A DNA stretch of 64,000 bases, from the NCBI GenBank assembly GCA_001662655.1, contig KV460227.1, one strand, 5' to 3'. Under the pieces are notes generated by a model. It saw only the letters and a list, made by a program, of their open reading frames with translations, had not been told where the DNA came from and did not search any database. A program made the translations under genes and the position numbers. Source of the stretch: Pseudogymnoascus verrucosus (Eukaryota). Shown in pieces: positions 25,244-37,969 of the stretch (positions within the stretch are counted from its first letter, which is position 1; each line of letters opens with the position of its first letter).

Positions 25244-27487
25244 ATGAAAGGATTCAGGCAGAGAGTTGTAAGAACCCCTTTCATCATCCTTAATTTCTGT
25301 CTAGTGTCGCAGCGATCCCGGTGTGGAATGTCTAACTCATTCAGCATGACCAGCTCTCGCGTTCGAAAGACCCGAACAAGTCCTCCAAGAAAAATAAAGA
25401 TCCGAAGGATGGCACATCATCTCCATCGGCCTCTGGGTCGTCAAGAGAGGCTGGTCAATCGCCAAGCGTTACCCCTTCTGCCTCGACGACGTCACTGAAC
25501 GACCCACGAAACAAGCCACTACCAGCGGGTGATTCAGGGACTCCTGTTAGCGGACATACAGCTTCGCCGTCACTAGCGCCCGCCAACACGCTGAATGGCG
25601 GACAACATGGGGTTCTTCCAGCTGCGGACCGATTTAACACGCTTGGTTCAAATTCTCCGAGTGGTGCAGCTCCCGGTACACCAAACAGGCATCCAATACT
25701 ACCACCTAGCGTGATTATCAGCCCTAGTGCGCCGGTATGAACCCAGTTCTTCCGTTTGCGTTGATCCTCTTTACTAACACAAGACAGCATGTCCCGCCCC
25801 CAGGATCAGCAGAGACAATGCCTCACGATTTGGCACCCCCGAAGGCGGGCTCAAAAAACCTCGTGTTCGACAGGTTGCAAGCGACGCCTAAGGATGTACC
25901 AGAAGGTATCAGAACGCCCAAGCGACAGCATTCATCGCGCTTTGACATATCTCCTCTTAGAGAGTTAGAGAAGCTTCCTGGTTTCCATGAAGTGCCTCCA
26001 AACAGGCGACAAGAGCTGTTCATGCAGAAAATTGACCAATGTAATGTCATTTTCGACTTCAACGATGCGACAGGCGACATCAAATCGAAGGAGATCAAAC
26101 GCGTGGCCCTCCATGAGCTTCTGGATTACGTTGCAAACAACCGTCAGGTCATTACGGATGCTATGTATCCGCGTGTCGTGGATATGTTCAACAAGAACCT
26201 CTTCCGGCCACTACCTCCGCCTATGAACCCCCAAGGCGAGGCCTTTGACCCCGAGGAAGACGAGCCTGTGTTGGAAGTTGCTTGGCCACATATCCAAGTT
26301 GTCTATGAGTTCTTTTTACGATTCATCGAGAGCCAAGACTTTAACACCAACATTGCGAAGGTATACATCGACCATAGCTTTGTACTCCAACTGCTTGAGC
26401 TATTTGACTCTGAAGACCCAAGGGAACGCGATTTCCTCAAGACGACTCTCCATAGGATATATGGAAAATTCCTCAATCTCCGCTCCTATATCAGAAGATC
26501 TATCAACAACGTGTTTTTCCAGTTCGTTTATGAAACCGAACGATTCAATGGAATCGCCGAGCTGCTGGAAATCCTCGGGTCAATCATCAACGGATTTGCC
26601 CTACCCCTGAAAGAGGAGCACAAGCTCTTCTTGACCAGGGTCCTTCTACCGATGCACAAAGTCAAGAGTCTCAGCATGTATCATCCCCAACTTGCGTACT
26701 GCATAGTACAGTTCCTTGAAAAGGATGCTGCACTAACAGAAGAGGTTAGTGGCTCTGGATTAGCTCCCACCATCGTATACTGACTAGATCTAGGTTGTTT
26801 TGGGCCTATTGAGATACTGGCCGAAGGTTAACAGCACAAAAGAAGTCATGTTCTTGAATGAGGTAGAGGACATATTCGAGGTTATGGATCCTGCCGAATT
26901 TGCAAAGGTCCAAGAACCTTTGTTCCATCAGCTTGCGAAGTCAGTGGCCAGCCCCCACTTTCAAGTTGCGGAGAGAGCACTATATTTCTGGAACAACGAA
27001 TACTTCTGCAACCTTGTCAGCGACAACGTCGAGGTAATTTTGCCAATTATGTTCGCCCCTCTTTATGAGAACTCCAAGGGCCATTGGAATAGGTACGCCA
27101 TCTAGATCATCTAACTTAGAGATAACGCTAATACACTATAGGACAATCCATGGCATGGTTTATAACGCCATGAAGCTATTTATGGAGATCAACCCTCAGT
27201 TATTCGACGACTGCTCCCACGAGTATACAGAGCACCAAAACACTGCGGACGCACGTATGCAAGCTAGAGAGGACAAATGGAAAGCTCTCGCGGAACAAGC
27301 TAAGCATGGGAAGGCGAACGGGGTGGCCACGCTCGGCGCCGTTCCCTCACATGAGATGGACCCGATGACGGAAGACAACCAAAAGCGCCTGGACTCACTG
27401 CAGTTACAAGATGGTGACCGGAGGGAGAGGAGACCTAGCCTCCACGATCGTCAAAACTCGGTAGGCAGCTCCAGGAGCCAGCGATGA
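25244..27487 (+). CDS. RTS1: PP2A regulatory subunit B' (B56)
   Basis: MKGFRQRV start exon; [43 protein letters not shown] and SKGHWN. 4 introns. Confidence 0.95.
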
Positions 27488-28368
27488 TCTATCCACTCTG
27501 GTGTATGCCGCTCACTTGTGGCTGATGCATATGCCAGATTCTTGTGACTTGAAAAATTCCTGTTTCGATAGATTTTGTTGGGATTATATCCTTTTTGGTT
27601 GTCCGCTACCTAGCAAGACGCTTTTTCATGATGGGAGTTCGGACAGCGATGGTTCCTTCAGCACGAAACTCGGCGCCTCTCGAGTCTAAAGTTTGGGAAA
27701 CGATAATTCTGAGAACGCTGGGACTATTGGAGCTGCCGCAAAAACGCTCCTCAGCGTTGCTATGATGAGAGATGCAAAGGCGTCGACGACGTTAACGATC
27801 TGTTCTTTTTTTGATTGATTGATGATGAGGGAGGGATTGGTGGTTCTATTCGGCCTTGCTCCGAGCGGTGAGCACAGTAGGGATTTATGGTAGATAGGGA
27901 CTTATGATGCGGGCTTCTGATCCGTACCTACCTTTTACATGATTCATGATCAGGCATAGTGTTCGAAGCGTTTTCGCCGCGAGGCTGTTGAGTAGCAAAT
28001 TTCATCATAGAGCTTTCCATTGTGTTGAATACTTGGTGAAGTACTATAGGATTCTTCAACCCTACCTACTGTTGGCAACATAATAGAGCTACGAATTGCC
28101 CAACAATGCACCATAGCCCATTGCAGGAAACTTCCCCAATAGGGGTGCTACTCAATTACTGTTGTGGACGCCTGGTGATATTAGAGTCTGCCCAAAGTAA
28201 AAGAGCCATTGTAGCTATAATCAGGCTCAGTGCCAGGACAGTCTACGTAGACGGTTAATCCCAACCAAGTAATCTAAATGAAATGAACGAATAAACAATG
28301 TTCTGATTCCGCAGTATGTATATAAAATCTTCAATCCAACGCCGACTCCCCCAGTGTACAGCGTCCGA

Positions 28369-29142
28369 TTACAGCACCAAGAGAAGGATCAACAAAATTA
28401 TAAGCACCACTATCAGCACCCCAATACAGCAACTGCTCATCGTCTCCTCATTGTTCCTCATAACCCATCCCACCTTCTGAATCCCAGTTTGAAGCTTGCC
28501 CCCAACACGATCCGCCGCTGAATCGACCTGTTCCAGTATCTCGGCTTGCTCCTCAAGCTCACGACCCATATCATCAGCCTGCTGCCTCAGATTGCCCACA
28601 GTGCGGAACACGCCATCAAGCTGTTCATCCTGATCATTCATAATGCGCTGCTGCTCCTGTTGTTCGAACTCCTCGTACATATCGTCTCCAACCGCCTGCT
28701 CCTCATCCACGCCGGGTGGCAGAAGTTTATTACGCGACTTCGATTGAGACAGGTGTTTTAACAGCTCTTCGCGCATATCTTCAACTTCATTGCCGACTTC
28801 ATCGACGAGATGTTTGCGCCGCACCACTTCCTCGATTTGGAGTCCATATCGGTGAGGGTCGGTCTCGACTGCCTTGACGGAGGAGACGAGGTCGGCGAGG
28901 TCTTCGGCTAGAGTTGAGAGGGATGACTCGAGCTCCGCGCGCGCAGAGGTAACCTCCGGGCTACTGGGATTTGGAGAAAGAGAGCGGATGCGGAGATAGG
29001 ATGCGAAGAGGGGTCGGGTGGTGTTTAGTTGGGAAAGGACATCTCTGGAGGTTGGTTAGTACGGTAGAGTTTCGTTCAAGCGAGGAGGGACGTACGCTTG
29101 AACTTGGAGGAATGGGTCCTCCTCATTAATAGACGACATCAT
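28369..29142 (-). CDS. TLG1: Syntaxin-6/Tlg1-like t-SNARE
   Basis: N-terminal EDPFLQVQ, DP.RYGL..EEV.RR, SNARE coiled coil QDEQLDGV..TVGNL, and a C-terminal TM after SSCCI. Intron ~29095-29046. Confidence 0.9.
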
Positions 29143-29393
29143 CCTCCAGTTTTGAGCGGGCTATGAGCCCCCAAGATTCTATTGTGGTGGTCGTTGATTG
29201 AGTCTCGTAGATGGGAACCTGGTATGTCCACGAAGCAAGGCTGAGGCGGCCAGGAAGGCTGACGTTGCGGTAAATGCGGGAACTGCCGCGGTACACATTG
29301 GCAGGTCTAAATTTATTTTTGAATGCGCCCCTCAGAGAACTTACTGATTAACTACAAAAGGAAGACTTCATTCGTGAAGCAGTCCAGGTTATC

Positions 29394-31214
29394 ATGGCGC
29401 CGGATAAGCCGCTCCCGTTCTCCTCGGAGTTTAATACTGCAGAAGAATATGTGGATTCCTTGCTGGATTTCGCGACCACATCTACACTATTCCAGACCCT
29501 GTGCGGCGGGGTACATATCCTCGACTTCTTTACCAGAGAACCCGGGCTCTACGAATCTGTGATTCCAGAAGAATGGCACTCATGGCTGTCAAATTGCAGT
29601 TCCATGGAATTACTCGACGTGCTCATACGAGACGACCTGGATAATGTGTCGGGCCCGAGTCCCAGTCTCATAAAATACATCAAAGACATTCGGAAGCACT
29701 CCCTGCAACGGCAGTATACCCCGAGGAAGCTCAAACAGAGCAAATTACCTAGGAATGTTGCTGTGGGAATGGTTCCCAAGAAAATCCACGAGGTCACCAA
29801 CTTCGCAGACTACGTGGACCGTCTCGCCGAAGACGTTGCTATACAAACGAACAAGAATATTACTCATTATGTAGATTTTGGCAGTGGGCAGAACTACCTT
29901 GGCCGGGCTCTGGCGAATCCGCCGTATAATAAGCACATCATTGCAGTGGAGGGCCGAGAGATCAATATCAACGGGGCGAAGAATATGGATATATTTACGA
30001 GCCTCGCCGAGAGAGAGGTTGTAATGCGGAACAAGAAGATATATCGGCAGCAGATGGACGATGATATATCACAGGATACACAAAAGGAGAAGGAGGAAAG
30101 GATAGCTGCAAAGTCCCAGACTATACCAACGGAGAATGGGGCTGATTTCAGACCATATAGGGACCTTGCGACTATATATACGACTGGAGAAGGCCAAGGG
30201 TCTATTCAATATGTCGAACAGCGCTTGAATGATGGAGATCTTTCAGAAGTTATTCCTCAAATCGATCATGTGGAGGTAGAGTCGAATCTCGCTGCCTCTG
30301 TGGCTGCTATCGGGCTCGAAGATGGTGGCAATCACCAAAAGCAATGTTGCCACGGAGGAGACATTGCCAAAACGAGCCTCATGACAATATCCATCCACTC
30401 CTGCGGAAACCTTTCACATCACGGCATCCGCTCCCTCCTTTTAAACCCGTCGGTAAACGCAGTCGCCATTGTTGGCTGCTGCTACAACCTCCTTACGGAG
30501 CGCCTCGGCCCACCCACTTTCAAGAACCCCATCCTACGCCCAAATCTCCAGCCGGTGAACGCCCGCAAGGACCGTGAGTCGGCAGCATTCGATCCGCATG
30601 GCTATCCGATGAGTGAGCGAGTTGCCACCCATAATGGAGACGGAATCCGCCTGAACATTACTGCTCGCATGATGGCCGTTCAGGCACCGCAGAATTGGAC
30701 TGAGAAGGAAAGTGATGCTTTCTTCACGCGCCATTATTACAGAGCGTTGCTGCAGAAGGTGTTCCTCGATACTGGTGTTGTTAGTGCAGCTCCGCCGCCT
30801 CATGATGGCGGAGATGCTGGGTCGGAGTCACCTAAGAATGACCGTACAGATCCAGTGATTATTGGCTCGTTGAGGAAAGGATGCTATGTGTCCTTTGTGG
30901 ATTACGTTAAGGGTGCTGTTGAGAAGCTTACACGCGATCCGGCACGGGGGAAGGAGATTGCAGAGAAAATGGGGACTTTGACAGATGAAGACATCGAGGT
31001 ATATGCAAAGAAATACGGCCCTAGGAAGAAGGAACTCAGCATAATGTGGAGTCTCATGGCTTTCAGTGCTGGAGTTGTCGAGAGTTTGATAGTCACAGAT
31101 AGGTGGCTGTACCTGAAGGAGCATCCGAGGTTGGTGAAGGACTGCTGGGTTGAAGCCGTTTTCGACTACAAACAGAGTCCTAGAAATTTAGTAGTGGTAG
31201 GTATTAAGAGATAA
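29394..31214 (+). CDS. METTL25/RRNAD1-like (Methyltransf_32) SAM-dependent methyltransferase
   Basis: GM.PKK.HEV, VDFGSGQNYLGR, SIHSCGNLS, VGCCYN, VESLIVTDR and FD...SPRN. Intronless 606 aa. Confidence 0.88.
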   Translation: MAPDKPLPFSSEFNTAEEYVDSLLDFATTSTLFQTLCGGVHILDFFTREPGLYESVIPEEWHSWLSNCSSMELLDVLIRDDLDNVSGPSPSLIKYIKDIRKHSLQRQYTPRKLKQSKLPRNVAVGMVPKKIHEVTNFADYVDRLAEDVAIQTNKNITHYVDFGSGQNYLGRALANPPYNKHIIAVEGREININGAKNMDIFTSLAEREVVMRNKKIYRQQMDDDISQDTQKEKEERIAAKSQTIPTENGADFRPYRDLATIYTTGEGQGSIQYVEQRLNDGDLSEVIPQIDHVEVESNLAASVAAIGLEDGGNHQKQCCHGGDIAKTSLMTISIHSCGNLSHHGIRSLLLNPSVNAVAIVGCCYNLLTERLGPPTFKNPILRPNLQPVNARKDRESAAFDPHGYPMSERVATHNGDGIRLNITARMMAVQAPQNWTEKESDAFFTRHYYRALLQKVFLDTGVVSAAPPPHDGGDAGSESPKNDRTDPVIIGSLRKGCYVSFVDYVKGAVEKLTRDPARGKEIAEKMGTLTDEDIEVYAKKYGPRKKELSIMWSLMAFSAGVVESLIVTDRWLYLKEHPRLVKDCWVEAVFDYKQSPRNLVVVGIKR

Positions 31215-31930
31215 AATCTAAATCTATCACCATCAATACTTGTCGACACGTTTATAAAATTATGCTTTTGATAAATTGTGTTGATAGGACCCCACTATTC
31301 CGACGCGCATGGAAAATTTGTCTCCTTGAATCCTCCTGGAGAAGATGCGGTCTCCAAAGCACCATTGGCATATACAATCACACTGACCAGAAGACAGAAC
31401 GAATAGAGTGTGGCGATTGCATGATATTAAAGCTATGTAGATATATAACAGCAAAAGGAAATTTAGATGTAGTTCATAAAATGAAACTGACTCAAGAATA
31501 GAGTTCCTTGGTCGGAGATTAACGACAGAACAATCTGCTCTCAGAACAAAGATAGACACCTCAATGACATAACGCCAAAGTGGTATCAATACATCGCTGC
31601 TGCCCTATCCTCAGAATGACGGCAAAGCGATGTTTTGATGTTCGTTGAAGAGAGAAGAAGCCCAAGCCTGCGCCGAGAATTTCAAGCATAAGACCACTGG
31701 TCCGAAGCGACGATCACGTGATATCGAAAACGGCCCTAACATTACGGCCAATCACAACGTAGATATTTCAATCGTCAACTAGTCGGGTCCTCGGTAACAG
31801 TTGATATCGGGAATTCTCGAGCCTCCTACTACAGCGTGTTGATTGGAGTCCTATACTACACGGCGCAACTCTCCTTTACCATTGTCCGATCGAAGCTGCA
31901 ACGCAAACCCGAGCCATCAATTGAGTCACA

Positions 31931-32656
31931 ATGCTTGCGCAGAGAGCTACCCAGCAGGCGCTGAGGCGCTGTACGTGATTCCCCGGCCCAACGCAATGAC
32001 GATGCTCCATCCCGGGATCAGACGCACGCATGGAAACAGCTGCTAACAGAACTCCCATCTAGTCGCCCAGCGCTCGGTGATCTCCCAGGCGGCAGCGAAG
32101 AACCTCGCCGCGCCTCTCTCCCTCACATCCCAGATCCAGACCCGGTACGCCCATTCCCACCTATCCTCCTCCGCGGGCCCCCGAGCTCCTCCCGTACTAA
32201 CACACCCTTAGCCCCGTCGCAACGCAAAAGCACCTCACCCCCGCCGACTCCTACAAGATCCTCGTCGAGCAGCGCCGCCTCCGCCCCATCTCTCCTCACT
32301 TGAGCATCTACCGCCCTCAAATCACCTGGTACGCGTCGATGTTTAACCGCATCACCGGCGTCGTGCTGTCTGGTACCTTCTACCTCTTCGGGATCGGGTA
32401 CCTTGCCGCGCCGGTTCTGGGACTGAACCTGGGCTCAGCGTCGCTGGCGGCTGGGTTCGCGGCGTGGCCGATCGTGGCGCAGGTTGCGACGAAGCTGTTC
32501 TTCTCGGTGCCGTTTACGTTCCATGCCTTTAATGGGGTTAGGCATTTGGTGTGGGATACTGGACGCCAGTTTACGAATAAGGCGGTTATTAAGACGGGGT
32601 GGACGGTGGTGGGGTTGACGGCTGCGTCGAGCTTGTACCTTTCTCTCTTTGTTTAG
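31931..32656 (+). CDS. SDH3: Succinate dehydrogenase cytochrome b560 subunit
   Basis: MLAQRATQQALRR presequence; QRRLRPISPHLSIYRPQITW and FH.FNGVRHL.WD. Introns ~31971-32061 and ~32146-32211. Confidence 0.95.
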
Positions 32657-33012
32657 GGGGTGTGTAGAGGGGTTGCATGGATCGTTGCATTGATCGTGGG
32701 ATTGATCGTGGGGGGATGGAGTTGATTGTATCAAGATAAAGAACAGATTGTGGAATAAAATACTTATTTTAAAACTACTTGGGAGCCCTGAATTCAGAAG
32801 GGGGAGGCAATGTGGCTGACGGTGCATCATCTGGGACGTAAACGTGAATATTTTGGGTGTATTACGGAAGAGACTAGCATATAATTTCAGGCCGACTTTC
32901 ATCCCCCTATCCCTATTCCTGTGTGTATCAAAGTGCTTTTTGCACCAACCCCCCCAAACTCCGCACGCCATAACATGCTCCTTCGCCTTCCCCTAACGTT
33001 TCCATTGCCCAC

Positions 33013-34421
33013 TCATGACCGACACTCCAGAATCGCCTTCTCAAGCTTATGATCACCGAGCTTACTGATCTGCCCACCAATAATAGGCCCCACAAGCTCC
33101 TCCACCTGCGCCGACAACTCCTCAATACCGTTTCCATTCCCATTCGCCAGAACCGCTGCGTCCTCCTCCAGAGTCCTAATTGCCTTCATAAGAGCAGCGA
33201 CGACCATCTCCGCATCGAGGGGACTCTCGGTCTGTCCCTTGGCCAACACCGAGTTGTACGCTTTCAGATTGGGAATGATAAGCATGCGCACCGACTCCGG
33301 ACCACCCACTGCGACCAAGCCGCTGATGGCGCCGTAGTGCTGGTCGAGCGGCTTCTTGGGGTTGAGGAAGTACTTGAGGACAGTGCGTGCCAGGCGCGGC
33401 TTGAGCTGCTGGCTAGACTTGGCGTATTTCTTCGCGATGTGTCCGAGGAGAGATGCAGAGAACTCGCGAAGCTTGTAGTGGTCCTTGACTTCTACAGGAG
33501 TGGCGTTTGTGAGACCACGACCGACGAGGCATGTAAGTACAGAGGAGCAGAGGGTCGTGGTGTAAGGGTCGATGAAGAGGCGTTCATTCCTTGTGAGCGC
33601 AGAGGCAAGCTCCATCATTGTCTGCAGGACGAAGATGTTCTTCGTGTTATGTGTCACCTTCTCAGCGATGAACTGCACGAAGTACGGCACGAGTTGCTGG
33701 AGGGACTCGTCGTTTTCGACGCTGGCGAGAGCGGCGACACGGAGGCGGACGACGTCGTCATCGGGGTCGGTGTCGAGGATTGCAGTGCGGATCTTCTCGA
33801 AGTAGAGCATTAGCTCTTTGGAGAGGATGTGCTTGACTTGGGGCTTGAAGCCGACATTGTCGTTGCCGGTGAGAGCGGTCAGGGTAGGGTTGGCGTTTGC
33901 GCCCTTGGGGACCAGCTCTTGTGTCCTTGCTTCAGCGGTCGTCGGATTTTGGGGTATTGAGGGTTGGACTCCTTCCACGGCGAGCCAGTGTGCTGTCTAT
34001 TGTTAGATCGATGTATAAATAACAGAATGAAAGACATACCAGTGAATGAAATGTCCCTTGGCACCTTGGGCAAAGGCGCATTAATGAGTTTCTCAAAATC
34101 CACCTCCTCATCCTCAATATAGAAAAGAGGTTGTCCCGGTCCCAGCGAAGCTTCACCAAACCTGAGGGGTCGAGTAGATTCATAGCCATACAGAGGCTCA
34201 ACATCCAACACCTTCAAGGCCTGTGATATATCCTGCGTCCCCAGCACAGTCCGTTTCCCCTGCTGCATGAATCGCGTCGCCTCCACAATAACCTGGCCCA
34301 CGCGGTATTCAACTTCCTGCGATAGCGCCCTCACGGCCTCTTCACCCAGTTGTGATATCCCGACGGACTCTGCGACATCGCGAACGTTGTCGGCGTTCCA
34401 CACGAGCTTTTGGTCCGCCAT
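33013..34421 (-). CDS. TAF6: TFIID/SAGA subunit TAF6
   Basis: Histone fold (VAESVGI..VEYR), [41 protein letters not shown] and KHILSKEL. Intron ~34038-33996. Confidence 0.95.
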
Positions 34422-34905
34422 GGTCGCGAGATGTAGGGGCGGCTGGCTTCGTAGCCAAGCCTCTCGAGAGGATCTTTCAGCGTCTATTCAGGGATAAAGA
34501 CCTCTCGATCCTTGTTCTTGTTGAATGTGATCGTTGATGTAATGGCATGCGACAAGTCGTTGGCGCAAGTTAGAAATACTCCAGTGGTGGTGAAGTGATG
34601 GTGACCCTGCGATGCTTCCACAAAGTAGAAACCTGGCTGCGATCCTATCGCAATATCAAAGAACCTCCCTAGGTGCGCATTTCCTCGTAAAAACCGTTGT
34701 AAGATCGTATTATGACCACAATCAATCGCTTGGAGGATGAGTTGAAGCTCGGCCGACAAGGCTGAGATCGCAACGGGCAGCGCAGCGCACTAGTGGCAAT
34801 CGCGTCGCCCTCCCGAACGGCGAGCGGCACTTTACGCGAACGGTCCAGCCGCGAGCAATGAATATGCGGATACATAATTGCCAAACTCACGTATAAACCC
34901 AAACC

Positions 34906-35722
34906 ATGGAAACTATAGACGCCAAGGGGCGCGGAGCGTTTATTGTGGTGGAGGGGTTGGATCGGTCGGGGAAGACGACGCAGACGAAGAAGATTGAGGA
35001 GGCGCTCGTGGGAGGAGGTTATAAAGTCAAGCTGAGGCGGTTTCCTGGTAAATTCATTCCCCCTTTAGCCTGCCGTTCGGCCATTTCTGAACTCCCACTG
35101 ACAATTGCTTATAGATAGAACTACTGTTATTGGGGAAATGATAAATAATTATCTACAAAGTAAATCTGATCTGGAAGATCACGTTATCCACCTCCTTTTC
35201 TCAGCAAACAGATGGGAGCTTGCGTATGTCCGCTTCCCATGGGTCAAAGCTTATGGTTCTGGTAGATTCTAACACAATCACAGGAAGCAGATTGAGAAGG
35301 ACATAGCAGATGGATATACCGTCATCTGCGACCGTTATTACTACTCTGGAGTCGTATACAGTGCAGCAAAATCCAATCCAGAGCTGTCACTACCATGGGC
35401 TCGGGAGCCAGAAGTGGGCCTCCCGAGACCCGACCTAGTCATATTCCTGGACTTGGAGCCAGAAGTCGCTGAAGAGAGAGGGGGTTACGGGGACGAGAAA
35501 TATGAGAAGAGAGAGATGCAGGAGAAGGTTCGGAAACTCTTCCATGCGCTGAATGACTCAGAAGAGGAGGAGGCGGAGGATATGGTCATATATGACGCGG
35601 GAAAGTCGGTGGAAGAGGTGACCAAGGACGTCCTTCAGTCTGTTAGTTCTGTTAGCCTGGCTGTCAAGCAACGTCTTCACCCGGAGCTTAGAAAGGTTGG
35701 GAAGTGGAAACGTGAACATTGA
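34906..35722 (+). CDS. CDC8: Thymidylate kinase
   Basis: [19 protein letters not shown]-loop, [24 protein letters not shown] and [10 protein letters not shown]. 2 introns. Confidence 0.95.
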
Positions 35723-36099
35723 TGAGATGAGTAAACACATAGCCGCACCATTCGATGATGTGTGCAACAAACAATTGCATTGTGAAAATTTGTGACAAAA
35801 AGCCGCCGTCTATACTGCCGACTTATATCCACATATATGCCTTCCATGTAAATACACATTTTTGTGTCGAAGACAAACGCAATGTATGGCGTTAAGACCA
35901 AGAAAAACGCCGCTCCTGTGCTAGGTGTTGAAGACCGCAAAACACTCGTAATCCTAAAACGCCCGCAAAAGTAATAATAGCCCAAATTTTTTCAGACATC
36001 CACCAATTCCAACCTTGCTGATACCAAAAAATAAAATGTCCCCGCCCCGCCCCGCCCTCCGAATCTAAATGGGCCTCTCAAATACATGTGAAGAACATA

Positions 36100-37133
36100 T
36101 TACCGCCTGTTCAGGCCGAGGAGGCTGAAGAACTCGTTCCTCGTCTTCTCGCGCTTCTCGACGCAGCCGAGGACGCAGCTGGTGATTGTGGTTGCGGAGG
36201 TCTTCTCGACGCCTCTCATAACCATGCATAAATGGCTGCTCTCCATCACTACTGCTACTCCTTGTGGCTTCAGGATGTCCATAATTGCGTGCGCGACGTC
36301 CTTGGTCAGGCGCTCTTGGACTTGTAGCCTGCGGGAGAACATGTCGGCGATACGGGGGAGCTTCGAAATGCCAATAACGTCCCTGTCGGGAATATAACCA
36401 ATGTGCATCTGATTAATTGGTTAGCTTTCTGTTGTGACTCATGGAACTTGGTTGGACAACAAACCTTGCCTGTGAAAGGCACCAGGTGGTGCTCGCAGAG
36501 AGAGAAGACTTCAATGTCCTTCACAATGACAAACTCGTTGTGCCCCTCGTTGAAAACCGCATCATTGACAATCGTCTTGATGTTCTCCTGGTACCCCTTC
36601 GTGAAGAACAGCATGGCCTTCGCATATCGATCCGGCGTCCCGAGCAGGCCCTCGCGATTCGGGTCCTCACCGATGCACTCGAGAATAGTACGGACGGCAC
36701 CCGCAATCTTTGCCTGGCGCTCCAATGCCTTCTCTGGTGATTCCTCCAAGCGTGCCACCGTTCCAATACCTGGGTGACAGCGTCAGTGACAATCCACTGG
36801 GCTGAAATATACACGGTGGCGTAACTTACTGGGCTTGCTCAATCCCACGAAATCAATGCCCGGACTTGGAGATCTGGTCTCGGATTCGAGCTCCTCAGGT
36901 GGCGATACTGCATCTCTGGGGTCTCTTGGGGCTTTGCCAATGCTGTTGCGGCGCTTCCTGGCCTTGCGACGGCGGCGTCTCTTGCTGGACTCATCGTTCT
37001 TCAATTTGCCTTCGGGCACCCCATTGGGAGTTGGTACGGGCGAGATTTCTGCGGGAGTGACGGGCGCAGAATTTGGCACGAACCGTCTTTCAGAGTTGGC
37101 AGTCTGTTTAACCATGCTTGCTTGAGAAGGCAT
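36100..37133 (-). CDS. FOL2: GTP cyclohydrolase I
   Basis: [35 protein letters not shown] and HLCMVMRGV. 2 introns. Confidence 0.95.
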
Positions 37134-37484
37134 GGTAAGAGATGGGTGAGGGAGGGAGGAGGGAGAATAAAAGAGAGAATGAAGAGGGAGGAATGGAGGG
37201 CGAGGCCGGAGTGGAAATTTATGTATATGACGACCCCGCGGGACATTTTGGCAAGGCTAACGTCGGACTCATATTCCGGGGGTCCACATCCACTTTTTAC
37301 TATGCTGCACCCATAGAAGCCATAGAAGCCATACAAGCCAGTTCTAAAACTACTAAATATGCTAAATATACTACTAAAAAGTCAGTTACAGTGCAATTGG
37401 TGCAGTAACCGCAGTAGTCGCAGTAGTCGGATTTGCCTCTCCGATAATCTTCGGGGCAATAATCTTCGAAGCGTGGGGTTTACG

Positions 37485-37526
37485 AGTGATTTACTGGTTT
37501 AACGCTGGTTAAACCAGTAAATCACT
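37485..37526. repeat. Perfect 19-bp inverted repeat with a 4-nt loop
   Basis: AGTGATTTACTGGTTTAAC (37485-37503), loop GCTG, GTTAAACCAGTAAATCACT (37508-37526). Confidence 0.95.
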
Positions 37527-37969
37527 GCTTTAACTGCTTTAACGAGTAAGGTACCACGACTTCTATGCGCTTGCTTGGGTAGCCTTGTCTTACATGTACT
37601 GCACTGTACCACTGTCAAACTTTCCGAGCTATCACTTGCTACTACTACTACTACTTAACTGTACCTTCTCAGCCTCGTCCTTTGACTCCTTTGATTGGAC
37701 CCATTTCAACAAACATCTTTCCTCCCAGTTCATCCATCTCATCCACGCATCCACGGCGCGCATCTCAGTGACGACTATTCGACTCATCGGCCACTTCTCA
37801 ACACGTACAGATCGCGTCACAACTTGCGCCTGCCTCTCTATCATCAGCGGCGTCGAAGTCAACCCTGGATACAATTCACCGAACGCGCGAGGCGTCGTGC
37901 CCGTCGAGGTAACAGCCATTCACCCATCCACCCTCACCATCATCACCACCACAACAACCTCACCTCACA

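Noticed and set aside
33049..33813. Long antisense ORFs (e.g. 254 aa opposite TAF6, 219 aa opposite LCCL, 198 aa opposite TFC1)
   Set aside because: Shadow ORFs of GC3-rich genes, mostly with non-ATG starts and no recognisable domains.
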